Assembly: GCA_021735185.1 (NCBI GenBank)
Contig: JAIPHN010000002.1
Span: forward strand, 1-41,355
Direction: 5' to 3'
DNA from: Candidatus Bipolaricaulota bacterium
Lineage (GTDB): Bacteria > Bipolaricaulota > Bipolaricaulia > M55B111
Length of the DNA stretch: 41,355 nt
This document shows positions 9,476 to 17,611 of the stretch, piece by piece. Numbering within the stretch: the first letter of the stretch is position 1; the number at the start of each line of letters is the position of its first letter. The notes beneath the pieces were generated by a model. That model was given only the letters and a program-made list of their open reading frames with translations, was not told the DNA's origin and ran no database searches. Made by a program: the position numbers and the translations under genes.

Positions 9476-10513
9476 TTAAGCCCGGTAATTCTCCGCATCT
9501 GCAAATATGTCCCTTATGTCAATGTTTCCCCCGGCAGTGGATATGCAAAGACCACAGCCAGAGCAACCATAATATCCGTGTTTTTCGTAAAATCTGTCGA
9601 ATTTGTCGTAAAACATCTCTTTAACCCGACTATCAGAGGGATCGTCGGAGTGCATTTCCTGGTGTATGTCTTTCATTGTGGCACTGTCCCATACCTTGTC
9701 TTGAATGTAAGAACCCTCTTCCGATTCCTTAAAATTTTGTAGAGTTCGGGAGGTAGGACACGCCAGTGTATAAGCAGTACAGTAACAATTCTTAGTAGCG
9801 TATTTTTTCCAGAATGGGGCGTCCCGGGGAACTTTTCCGTTTTCTGGTTTTATCTCAAAGTAAGAATTCTTTTCTTCAATTTCCCCCATCATTTTCTCTC
9901 GATGAGCCTCTCTCAGTTCTATCTGCTTGTCCGTGGCTTCGGTTAGAAGATGATCGTACCTATCCGCTATTTCGTGACCCTTAACCGAGTTTTTGCCCAC
10001 CTCGATCAGCATATCACCATAATGAGGCAGAGTGGAGATATTAAGGTCAAAGCCGTCTTCAGGATAGGGCTGTCCCCCGACCTTGTTACAGAAACAGGGC
10101 TCGGCTATCTCCAGACAGTCAACGGAAATAATAGTTGTTTCTTCTCTCCGCTTCTTATACAGAGGATAAGAAAAATCCCCTTCTTCAAAAGCCTTGTCGA
10201 GAACTTTTAGAGCGTTAATGTCACAGGATTTATAACCAAGCAATGCCAGGCTCTTGCCTTCGCCGCCCGGCTGACCTTCCGGGAAGGTATGCATTATATT
10301 ATTGGGAGGAAAGAAAAAGTCAAAACAAAGTGCGTCAGTTCTCCGACAATTTAGTTGGAAACGCGTCTCCTGGGGGTCCCATTTGACGAATTCCCATCTA
10401 CTCCTATTTCCTTCGGACTGTTGACACTGAACGGGCAAAAAGATGTAATTGTCTTCAGCCAAATTATTGACAAGTTTCCTCAGGTCCCACTCGGAAAGAC
10501 TATAAATTTCCAT
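9476..10513 (-). CDS. AsrA/HydB-like Fe-S protein with degenerate cluster motifs (tentative)
   Basis: The layout resembles anaerobic sulfite reductase subunit A-type proteins: GYKSCDINALKVLD, then a CFC motif (EPCFCNKVGG), then C-terminal Cys clusters (CYCTAYTLACP, CSGCGLC). These clusters do not form canonical CxxCxxCxxxCP motifs. A strong promoter and an SD lie upstream. Confidence 0.4.
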   Translation of the reverse strand: MEIYSLSEWDLRKLVNNLAEDNYIFLPVQCQQSEGNRSRWEFVKWDPQETRFQLNCRRTDALCFDFFFPPNNIMHTFPEGQPGGEGKSLALLGYKSCDINALKVLDKAFEEGDFSYPLYKKRREETTIISVDCLEIAEPCFCNKVGGQPYPEDGFDLNISTLPHYGDMLIEVGKNSVKGHEIADRYDHLLTEATDKQIELREAHREKMMGEIEEKNSYFEIKPENGKVPRDAPFWKKYATKNCYCTAYTLACPTSRTLQNFKESEEGSYIQDKVWDSATMKDIHQEMHSDDPSDSRVKEMFYDKFDRFYEKHGYYGCSGCGLCISTAGGNIDIRDIFADAENYRA

Positions 10514-10631
10514 GATACCCCCCTCATTCTTTGGGTTAAGTTACTCTTTCAAATCACAACTTTACTATTAAGAGATATAACACTACTAAACCCTGGTAAA
10601 TTCTTGTGGAAATATTCACGTTCTCAATCTC

Positions 10632-10659
10632 ATTATAGCATAGTTACTACCATTTGCAA
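10632..10659 (-). promoter_or_regulatory. sigma70-type promoter for the AsrA-like gene
   Basis: On the minus strand: TTGCAA (10659-10654), 16 nt, then TATAAT (10637-10632) with a TGC prefix. This is about 120 nt upstream of the start at 10513. Confidence 0.6.
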
Positions 10660-10763
10660 AATGATCGTGGGGTGTTTTTTTGCCATATAGCGCTCGAAAT
10701 TGCGGTAAATTGACGGCAATTAATAAAAAAAGACTCCTTTAAAATTTCATCAAAATTGTTGAT

Positions 10764-10897
10764 GCAGTCAAGAATTCCGGCCAAGGGACGGGGCTTGTAG
10801 AAAGTCCCTTTTTAATAGTTTTTTCGGTCTTTTACAACACGAGACCCAGCATCCCCAGGGCAAGCCCTGGGGGGTTCTCAGTTAGTGTTGGTAAAAG
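10764..10897 (+). repeat. interspersed intergenic element, copy A1 (short form without internal hairpin)
   Basis: Four exact blocks are shared with copy D about 29 kb away: GGGGCTTGTAGAAA, CGAGACCCAGCA, CATCCCCAGGGCAAGCCCTGGG and GGTTCTCAG. The tail is TTGGTAAAAG. An 8-bp hairpin lies at 10853-10872. Confidence 0.9.
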
Positions 10898-11625
10898 TGT
10901 ACTAAGATTTCATTTGTGGCCTTGATTCTGGCTATTTAAATTTCAAAATGTTCTAAAGAATACAATGTATGTGAACTTTAAATATTAAAAAGCGAACAAA
11001 CAATTCAATCATTTAAGAGTCTTTGAGTTCTACAACCTGCTTCACTTTAATAAAAAGGAACTGAAAAGAAGTACTAGTTTAAATACTCCGATACTAGCCA
11101 GACACTGTCGGAACTTTGTTCTTGACAGTTGGTCAAAAAAGGAGTTAGTCAAGACAGTCCTAAGGCAAAAATCCAACCAAATAGGGCCCCAACAACTCTT
11201 CTGTTTTTTTAGTGACCTCACGTAATCCCCTATTTCAGGATTACAACATTTGACCTGTTAATAAGGATGATCTCGAGAAAAGTCACGATCCCAGATATTG
11301 CCTAGCTTCCGGTATGGCCGACTGTTTAAAGAGTAAGTTAAACCTTGAACTAAGTGGCTTAATTGACCATTAAAAGGTAATGGTTTTTTCGATCTTCCGA
11401 AAATTACTCAGGTAATTACGAAAAGATAAAGGGACTGGTGTTTTCCATTAATGACTTCCTGATGATTTTGGGCTTTGGCGTTCTTCTGAAACTTCTCGAC
11501 GAAACCCTTACGGAACTGAACTATTTCACGAGCCGGTTAACCGAAATAACAGATCTTTAAAAGCTCAGACCCGAGAAGCCCTGGTCCGAGGCAGGTTCAC
11601 CTTCGGGGGACTATATTGAATCATA
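10898..11625 (+). repeat. cluster of decayed copies of the same element (about three, eye-aligned)
   Basis: At 11015-11165, GTCTTTGAGTTCTACAAC and CCAGACACTGTCGGAACTTTGTTC resemble the D left arm plus loop start CCAGCAGTCAATTCGGAACTGGCTTTGTAC. At about 11190-11330, TGTTTTTTTAGTGACC..ATTACAACATTTGACCTG is seen. At about 11420-11625, TCTTTAAAAGCTCAGACCC..AAGCCCTGG..GGTTCAC is seen. Confidence 0.35.
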
Positions 11626-11900
11626 TTAACCAATTGCAAAAAGAGTTAGAGTTCCAATCAGAGGAAAAACATGCTACCGTTTTGCTGAAAAACCCTGTGT
11701 TTCCTCGAGGTGAGATCAGGTAAAATAGTAGTAGGTAATAGTTAAAGAATTGAGCCCGTAAAATATAAAAAGTCAGAACTACAGGGGTTGTTGACCGGGA
11801 ATTTAATAGAATTTATCCTAATTTGTTGTTATTATTGAAATCATACTTTCATCAAGTTAGCAGATCTATTAAATAACATTAGGAGGTGGGTTTTTTAACA

Positions 11901-12908
11901 ATGAACCACGAAAATAAAGCCAAATGGGGAATCCTTGGCACGGCAAATATAGCAAAAAAGGCGCTCGTGCCAGGAATAAAGGATGCGGATAATTCAGAGT
12001 TATTTGCTGTGGCTTCAAGGAGTGAAGGAAAAGCACGGCAATTTGCGGAGGAGTTCGAATTACCGAGTTATTACAGTTCTTACGAGAACCTGCTCGGGGA
12101 TACGGAAATAGATTTTGTCTACATCCCGCTGCCAAATCACCTTCACCACGAATGGACAATCAATGCTTTTAAGAAGGGGAAAAACGTACTCTGTGAAAAA
12201 CCCCTGGGAACCAACTCCGGAGAAGTAGAGGAAATGTTCGAAATAGCCGGGAAGGAAAACCTGACGCTCATGGAAGGATTTATGTATCGGTTTCACCCAC
12301 AGACCAGAAAGGTAAAAGAGCTTATTGAAAAAGGAGAAATAGGTGAACCCAGCTTCTTCCGCGGGGCCTTCTCGTTTCCGTTAATAACTGAAGACCGGGA
12401 CGACGACATCCGGTGGAAGGAGGAAATGGGCGGAGGATCATTGATGGACCTTGGAACCTATTCCGTCAATACCGTTCGCTACCTATTCGGAGAGGAACCC
12501 AACAGGGTCTTCGGTAGAAACTTTACCCATCCGGATCACACTGCCGAGGCAGAAACGCAGGCAATTCTGGAATTTCCTTCAGGCAAAACGGCAACCATAG
12601 ACAGTAGTTTTCTTCTCACCGATCGTGCAAATTACGAGGTAACAAGCAAGAACGGCAGGATCCAGGCTTTTGATACTTACGGTCCGAGAAGAGGTAAGCG
12701 CCTTAAAATAGATATCGATAAGGGCAACACGAGAGAAACCGAAGTCTTAGAAGGCGTCAACGAATACTCGCTGGAAGTCGAACACCTGGTGGACTCCGTG
12801 CGAGAGGAAAAAACTCCATTTGTTTCGCCGGAGGACAGTATTAACAACGCCAAAGTTCTTGATGGGATAAGGGCTTCTGCAGAAGAGGAGAAGTGGGTAC
12901 AGGTTTAA
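11901..12908 (+). CDS. Gfo/Idh/MocA family NAD(P)-dependent oxidoreductase
   Basis: KWGILGTANIAKK is the N-terminal Rossmann motif, and LCEKPL is the EKP motif of the family. The ATG at 11901 follows AGGAGG (11881-11886). The track start at 11886 overlaps the SD. Confidence 0.8.
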   Translation: MNHENKAKWGILGTANIAKKALVPGIKDADNSELFAVASRSEGKARQFAEEFELPSYYSSYENLLGDTEIDFVYIPLPNHLHHEWTINAFKKGKNVLCEKPLGTNSGEVEEMFEIAGKENLTLMEGFMYRFHPQTRKVKELIEKGEIGEPSFFRGAFSFPLITEDRDDDIRWKEEMGGGSLMDLGTYSVNTVRYLFGEEPNRVFGRNFTHPDHTAEAETQAILEFPSGKTATIDSSFLLTDRANYEVTSKNGRIQAFDTYGPRRGKRLKIDIDKGNTRETEVLEGVNEYSLEVEHLVDSVREEKTPFVSPEDSINNAKVLDGIRASAEEEKWVQV

Positions 12909-12934
12909 GGCTATACTAAAATCCGCTGAAAACT

Positions 12935-13049
12935 GAAGGGCTTATATAGAAAGCCAGATAGGCCAAAAGTTAAGAGCTCGAAAACGAAGATTATGACCAA
13001 CGAATTTCTACGAAGTTTTACTTCGTCGGTGATTTTTGGTATTCTAAGC
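12935..13049 (+). repeat. interspersed intergenic element, copy H (compact)
   Basis: AAGGGCTTATATAGAAAGCC aligns with A1 CGGGGCTTGTAGAAAGTCC. GATTATGACCAA aligns with B GATGACCCA. CGGTGATTTTTGGTA aligns with B CGGCGATTTTGGTA. A hairpin ACGAAGT-TTT-ACTTCGT (13010-13026) occupies the position of the GC hairpin. Confidence 0.6.
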
Positions 13050-13366
13050 TAATTTGTATAATAATTAATTTCGCTGCGATTCCCCTTTCTCAATTATATT
13101 CGATCGATTTTGGCAATGCTTTCTAAGTACCGCCGTTTGACATACTCTCATCTTACACCATGCACACTTAAACTCAAAAGAAAGGCATCAGGATAAGTAC
13201 TCGAACATTCTGCTACCAGGAGATTCGCGATAAGTTCTGCTTGATACAATTTCAAAGATTTTGGGTGGCGTGCTGCGATATATTTTGGGGAAAGATCCTT
13301 TTTTCAATATCTCCATAATCTTACGAGCAGGTTAGCACAAACACTATCGGCCGTGTTTTTATATAC

Positions 13367-13395
13367 TTGACATAATATCTCATTTTTGTTATTTT
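13367..13395 (+). promoter_or_regulatory. sigma70-type promoter of the LacI-family gene / galactoside locus
   Basis: TTGACA (13367-13372), 17 nt, then TATTTT (13390-13395). Confidence 0.55.
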
Positions 13396-13402
13396 GATTG
13401 CG

Positions 13403-13435
13403 TACGTTACCGGTAATGTTTACGGTAACGTTATC
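13403..13435. promoter_or_regulatory. candidate LacI-family operators (palindromes) between promoter and start codon
   Basis: TTACCGGTAA (13407-13416) is a perfect 10-bp palindrome. GGTAACGTTATC (13424-13435) is a CG-centred near-palindrome of the AACGTT type used by LacI/GalR repressors. CGTTACCG-N10-CGGTAACG is also an inverted repeat. Confidence 0.5.
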
Positions 13436-13446
13436 AAAAGGAGGTA

Positions 13447-14454
13447 TTGATATTGGATCGTGTTACTATGGAGGATATAGCGGAAAAAGCGGGAGTTTCA
13501 ATTAACACGGTCTCCAGAGCACTTAACGATAAGCCCGATATTAACGATCAAACCAAAAAAGAAGTCCTTCAAATTGCCGAACAGCTTAACTATCAACCAA
13601 ATCGTTTTGCGAAAGGGTTACGTTCGAGCAAGACTTCAACTCTCGGAGTCATAGTAGCCGATATAATGAACCCTTTCTTCTCCGCCCTCCTAAAAGGTGT
13701 GGAGAAGGCGGCGCGAGAAAAAGGTTACAGTATAATAGTCCAGGATACGGACGAAAAATTTGAAAACGAACAATCCGCGATTCAAACCATCCTGGCCGAA
13801 CAGGTGGATGGTTTGCTGATCACTCCTGTTCAGACGAACCAACAGACTATAAATGAACTAAAACACTCGGAGTTGCCTTTTGTTCTACTCGGACGCCATT
13901 TTGACGATCTGGATTCACATTACGTAGTAACCGACGATATCCAGGGTGCTAGCGAGGCTACGGAACACTTAATCGCACGAGGTCACGAAAGAATTGCAAT
14001 CATTAACGGCCCAACTCACATTTCCAGCTCAAAAGAACGCCTGGAAGGTTATCGTCAGACCATAATGGCACATGATCTTTCCTTACGTGATTCATTTATT
14101 CTAAAGGACAATGTGACGATGGAAGACGGTTACAGGTCTGGAAAGGAACTCATTTCAGCTTCTTCCAGACCGACTGCAGTACTTTGTTATAGCGACTTCG
14201 TTGCCATGGGTGTGATAAAAGCTGCCAGGGATGAAGGGCTGAATATACCGGAGGAGCTGGCGGTGGTTGGATACGACGACGTATTGTTTTCAACTTACCT
14301 AGAAGTCCCATTAACGACAGTTAGGATCCCCAAGAAAGAACTGGGGGAAAAGGCACTTCACGCTTTAGAAACGTTAATCGATGGTGGCGAGACTGAAAAT
14401 AACTTGCAGCAAATAAAACTGGATACGGAACTGGTAATTCGCCAGAGTACGTAA
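13447..14454 (+). CDS. LacI/GalR-family transcriptional regulator
   Basis: TMEDIAEKAGVSINTVSRALN is the family HTH, followed by a periplasmic-binding-protein-like sugar-binding core. The start is ambiguous (TTG 13447, TTG 13453 or ATG 13468). An SD AAGGAGG lies just upstream. Confidence 0.9.
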   Translation: MILDRVTMEDIAEKAGVSINTVSRALNDKPDINDQTKKEVLQIAEQLNYQPNRFAKGLRSSKTSTLGVIVADIMNPFFSALLKGVEKAAREKGYSIIVQDTDEKFENEQSAIQTILAEQVDGLLITPVQTNQQTINELKHSELPFVLLGRHFDDLDSHYVVTDDIQGASEATEHLIARGHERIAIINGPTHISSSKERLEGYRQTIMAHDLSLRDSFILKDNVTMEDGYRSGKELISASSRPTAVLCYSDFVAMGVIKAARDEGLNIPEELAVVGYDDVLFSTYLEVPLTTVRIPKKELGEKALHALETLIDGGETENNLQQIKLDTELVIRQST

Positions 14455-14488
14455 AAAGTTAAGTGGGGGGTGGTAACTGGCATAATTC

Positions 14489-14518
14489 TCGCAATCTTTT
14501 TTCACGGCGAGGTATAAT
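14489..14518 (+). promoter_or_regulatory. possible internal promoter for the ABC transporter genes
   Basis: TCGCAA (14489-14494), 18 nt, then a perfect TATAAT (14513-14518). It lies 27 nt upstream of the binding-protein start. Confidence 0.4.
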
Positions 14519-14544
14519 ACCTGAATATAATAGGAGGTATAAAA

Positions 14545-15810
14545 ATGAAAAAACTTTCTAGCTCTCTAATAGTGTCCGTTCTGGTCATTTCATTTGTTAT
14601 TGGAATTAGTCTGGCCGGTCTGGCTGCGGATAAAAAGAAGGTAGTTATAAATTCTTACATGGCCGACCCCGCACCCAAGGAAACCTTGAAACAACTGGTA
14701 AATCGTTTCGAAGAAGAACATCCGGATTTTGACGTAACTATTAATACTTACCCGCACGAGGACTATAAAACGTTAATTAGAACTTGGCTTCCGTCAAAGA
14801 AGGCAAGCCCGGATATCGTAACCTGGTTTGCCGGTGAAAGAGCGAATACTTTTGTCGACAAGGGCTTAATGATGCCTCTCGATGATATCTGGGGTGAAGG
14901 GAAAAGTTTTGAGGACTACTTTCCCAAAGCATTTAAGTCCATCTCTCAGTTTGAAGGAGAGACTTACTTCCTGCCTCAATCCTGGTACTGGTACGGCTTC
15001 TGGTACAGGGAGTCCGTATTCGATAAGCTAAACCTTGAAGAGCCGGTTACCTGGAAACAGTTCCTGGACGTCTGCGAAAAACTCAAGGAAAACGGGTATA
15101 CGCCAATAAGTATCGGTTCCAAGTTTCGCTGGACCGCGGCTGCCTGGTTTGACTACTTTGATCTCAGGCTCAACGGTGCCGATTTTCACATGAAATTGAT
15201 GAAGGGTGAGGTCAAATATACTAACCCGAAGGTCAAGGACGTCTTCGAGAAATGGAAGGTTCTTCTCGACAGAGGGTACTTCCTCGACGACCATACTTCT
15301 TATTCCTGGCAGGAAGGGGCAAAGTTCCTGTTTAACAAGGAAGCCGGAATGTACCTGATGGGACAGTTCATCCAGGACGTCGTTTCCGACGAAAAAGTCA
15401 AAAAGGATTTGAATTTCTTCCGATTCCCAATTATTGACGCCAGCGTACCGATAGCTGAAGAGACTCCAACTGACGGCTACATGATTCCAAAGAACGCTCC
15501 TCATCCGGAAGCCGCAAAGGAGTTCATGCACTATCTCGCGACGCAGCAGTCTCAATGGTTCTTTGCCGATAATTTAAACAGAATTGCTGCCAATAGAAAC
15601 ATAGAGGAAACAAACTACGGACCGCTCGTTCAAAAGGGTCTCAGGATGATTAACCGTTCGGACAAAGTAACCCAGTTCTACGACAGGGATACCAAGCCGG
15701 CGATGGCGGACAAAGCGATGGATCAAATAGTCAAGTTCATGGTCAATCCGGGCCAGATAGATCAGATCCTCCAGGCCATGGAAGCACAGAGAAAGAAAGT
15801 CTTTGAATAA
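14545..15810 (+). CDS. carbohydrate ABC transporter substrate-binding protein (family 1 / CUT1)
   Basis: It has an N-terminal signal/anchor segment, is about 420 aa, and is W/Y-rich as sugar-binding proteins are. Two MalF/MalG-type permease genes follow. SD AGGAGG lies upstream. Confidence 0.85.
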   Translation: MKKLSSSLIVSVLVISFVIGISLAGLAADKKKVVINSYMADPAPKETLKQLVNRFEEEHPDFDVTINTYPHEDYKTLIRTWLPSKKASPDIVTWFAGERANTFVDKGLMMPLDDIWGEGKSFEDYFPKAFKSISQFEGETYFLPQSWYWYGFWYRESVFDKLNLEEPVTWKQFLDVCEKLKENGYTPISIGSKFRWTAAAWFDYFDLRLNGADFHMKLMKGEVKYTNPKVKDVFEKWKVLLDRGYFLDDHTSYSWQEGAKFLFNKEAGMYLMGQFIQDVVSDEKVKKDLNFFRFPIIDASVPIAEETPTDGYMIPKNAPHPEAAKEFMHYLATQQSQWFFADNLNRIAANRNIEETNYGPLVQKGLRMINRSDKVTQFYDRDTKPAMADKAMDQIVKFMVNPGQIDQILQAMEAQRKKVFE

Positions 15811-15835
15811 ACCACGGAGGAAAATTAGATAGCCG

Positions 15836-15860
15836 GGAGGGGAGGTCCGCCCTCCCCTCC
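15836..15860 (+). terminator. intercistronic GC-rich stem-loop after the binding-protein gene (partial terminator / mRNA stabiliser)
   Basis: GGAGGGGAGG (15836-15845), loop TCCGC, then CCTCCCCTCC (15851-15860), a 10-bp perfect stem. TTCTGTCT follows. The position between the binding-protein and permease genes is typical for differential expression. Confidence 0.5.
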
Positions 15861-15876
15861 TTCTGTCTAACAAACA

Positions 15877-16749
15877 ATGAACAAGAGACGATGGGCTCCG
15901 TTCAAGTTCCTGCTGATTCCGGTTATCCTGTATGCAATCTGGGTAATAGCTCCGATCTTTTACACGATATTCCTCAGTTTTACCCAGTGGGATGGACTTA
16001 CTGCTCCGACGTTTATAGGGATTGGTAACTTCGTTGATCTTTTCAACGATCCCATATTTTACACTGCTCTCTTTAATAACATAAAATGGCTACTGGTTTA
16101 CGTCCTGGTTCCTCTGCCGCTTGGTCTAGCTTTCGCGATGTTCTTCAACAGGTCTCTGCCTGGTGTTAAAATTTTTAAGACGGCGATATACCTGCCTTTG
16201 ACGCTTTCCTTCGTCGTTCTTTCTCAAATATGGACCTGGATTTACCAGCCGAAGTACGGGGCGATCAACGTTACGCTCGAAGCCATTGGACTGGGGAATC
16301 TGACTGTTGCCTGGCTGAGTAACTCCGATATAGTAACTTACTCCCTGATTGTGGTCGGGTGCTGGCCCCAGACGGCCTATACGATGGTCCTTTTTCTCGC
16401 CGGATTACAGAACGTCCCTACTGAAGTTATGGAGGCTGCCAAGGTCGATGGGGCCAACAGGTGGCAGAGATTTTGGAAAGTGATTTTACCCCTGCTCAAG
16501 CCGGCAACAATAATAGCTGTTGCCGTAACGATTATCCAATCATTACGAATGTTTGCAATAGTAAACGTGATGACTCGAGGGGGCCCCTTTCGTTCTTCGG
16601 AAGTGTTGGCCAATTATATGTACGTAGAAGGCTTTAAGAACTACAGTATGGGGTACGCCTCGGCACTGGCAGTTATACTGTTTTTAATCATTCTCCTGTT
16701 TGTCTCGGTTTATCTCTATCAGATATTTAAAACAGAGGTCGAGTACTGA
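15877..16749 (+). CDS. carbohydrate ABC transporter permease (MalF-like)
   Basis: Polytopic membrane protein with an EAA loop: EAAKVDGANRWQRFWKVILPLLKP. Confidence 0.9.
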   Translation: MNKRRWAPFKFLLIPVILYAIWVIAPIFYTIFLSFTQWDGLTAPTFIGIGNFVDLFNDPIFYTALFNNIKWLLVYVLVPLPLGLAFAMFFNRSLPGVKIFKTAIYLPLTLSFVVLSQIWTWIYQPKYGAINVTLEAIGLGNLTVAWLSNSDIVTYSLIVVGCWPQTAYTMVLFLAGLQNVPTEVMEAAKVDGANRWQRFWKVILPLLKPATIIAVAVTIIQSLRMFAIVNVMTRGGPFRSSEVLANYMYVEGFKNYSMGYASALAVILFLIILLFVSVYLYQIFKTEVEY

Positions 16750-17582
16750 TGTCCAAGAGAAGAGTATTGTGGATCGGCTCTTTCTACCTCATAGCCATCG
16801 TCATTTCTCTATTATGGCTTTTCCCACTCTTTATTGCCGGGACTACGGCATTCAAGTCCATGAACGAGATAGTTCAGAACATCTACTGGTGGAACTTGCC
16901 CGACGAATTTACCTTCCAGTACTTTGCCGAAGCCTGGAACCAGGGTGGAATGTCGCGCTACTTCCTCAACAGTTTTATAATCACGGTTCCTTCCGTAGTT
17001 GGGGCTCTATTCCTCTCCGCCCTTGGGGGCTTTGCTCTGGCTAAATATAGGTTTAAGTACAACAAGCTGATTTTAGGTATATTTATCGCAGGCAACATGA
17101 TTCCATTTCAGATGATGATGTTTCCGGTGTTTGAAATATCCAACGTTCTGGGGCTGTACGATACTTACCTGGCAGTAATTCTGTTTCACGTATCCTTTCA
17201 GATGGGGTTCTGTATTTTCTTTTTGAGGAATTTTATTCGGACGATCCCGACCGATTTGCTTGATGCCGCTCGCGTTGATGGTAGTAGCGAGTTCAGAATT
17301 TTCCTCCAGATAGTCCTGCCGCTGACCAAACCGGCCCTGGCCGCTCTGGGTATTCTGGAGTTTACCTGGATCTGGAACGATTACCTCTGGGGCCTGGTTC
17401 TGCTTGCCAGCGACAACCTGCGCCCCGTTACCGTAGGTCTGGTTTCGCTTCAGGGAGAATATCTGTCGAAGTGGAACATAATTTCAGCCGGCTCACTGAT
17501 CGCTGCTGCTGTACCTTTAATAGTCTTTCTTGTCTTTCAGAGGTACTTCATCCAGGGGCTTATGATGGGAGCCAGCAAATAG
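16749..17582 (+). CDS. carbohydrate ABC transporter permease (MalG-like)
   Basis: EAA loop DAARVDGSSEFRIFLQIVLPLTKP. The start overlaps the upstream stop (TGATG at 16747-16751). Confidence 0.9.
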   Translation: MSKRRVLWIGSFYLIAIVISLLWLFPLFIAGTTAFKSMNEIVQNIYWWNLPDEFTFQYFAEAWNQGGMSRYFLNSFIITVPSVVGALFLSALGGFALAKYRFKYNKLILGIFIAGNMIPFQMMMFPVFEISNVLGLYDTYLAVILFHVSFQMGFCIFFLRNFIRTIPTDLLDAARVDGSSEFRIFLQIVLPLTKPALAALGILEFTWIWNDYLWGLVLLASDNLRPVTVGLVSLQGEYLSKWNIISAGSLIAAAVPLIVFLVFQRYFIQGLMMGASK

Positions 17583-17611
17583 AGTTAAATTTACTCATTA
17601 CGGGAGGTACT

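Noticed and set aside
10355-10690. 111-aa plus-strand ORF, plus the spacer ORFs 4911-5144 and 32713-32925
   Set aside because: The first is antisense to the 5' end and promoter of the AsrA-like gene. The others lie in spacers occupied by element copies. None has an SD, and their compositions are implausible.
11222-11247. CRISPR-repeat-like hairpin GTAATCC..GGATTAC ending in ACAAC, plus recurring TTACAAC words
   Set aside because: There is only one copy of the hairpin. The TTACAAC words recur at irregular spacings of about 200-300 nt rather than 60-75 nt, no identical repeats are present, and no cas genes are in the window.
17471-17611. N-terminal extension of the GH42 gene as drawn in the ORF track
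   Set aside because: The extension overlaps the permease gene in another frame. The conserved GH42 N-terminus begins at the ATG at 17612, which has its own GGGAGG SD.
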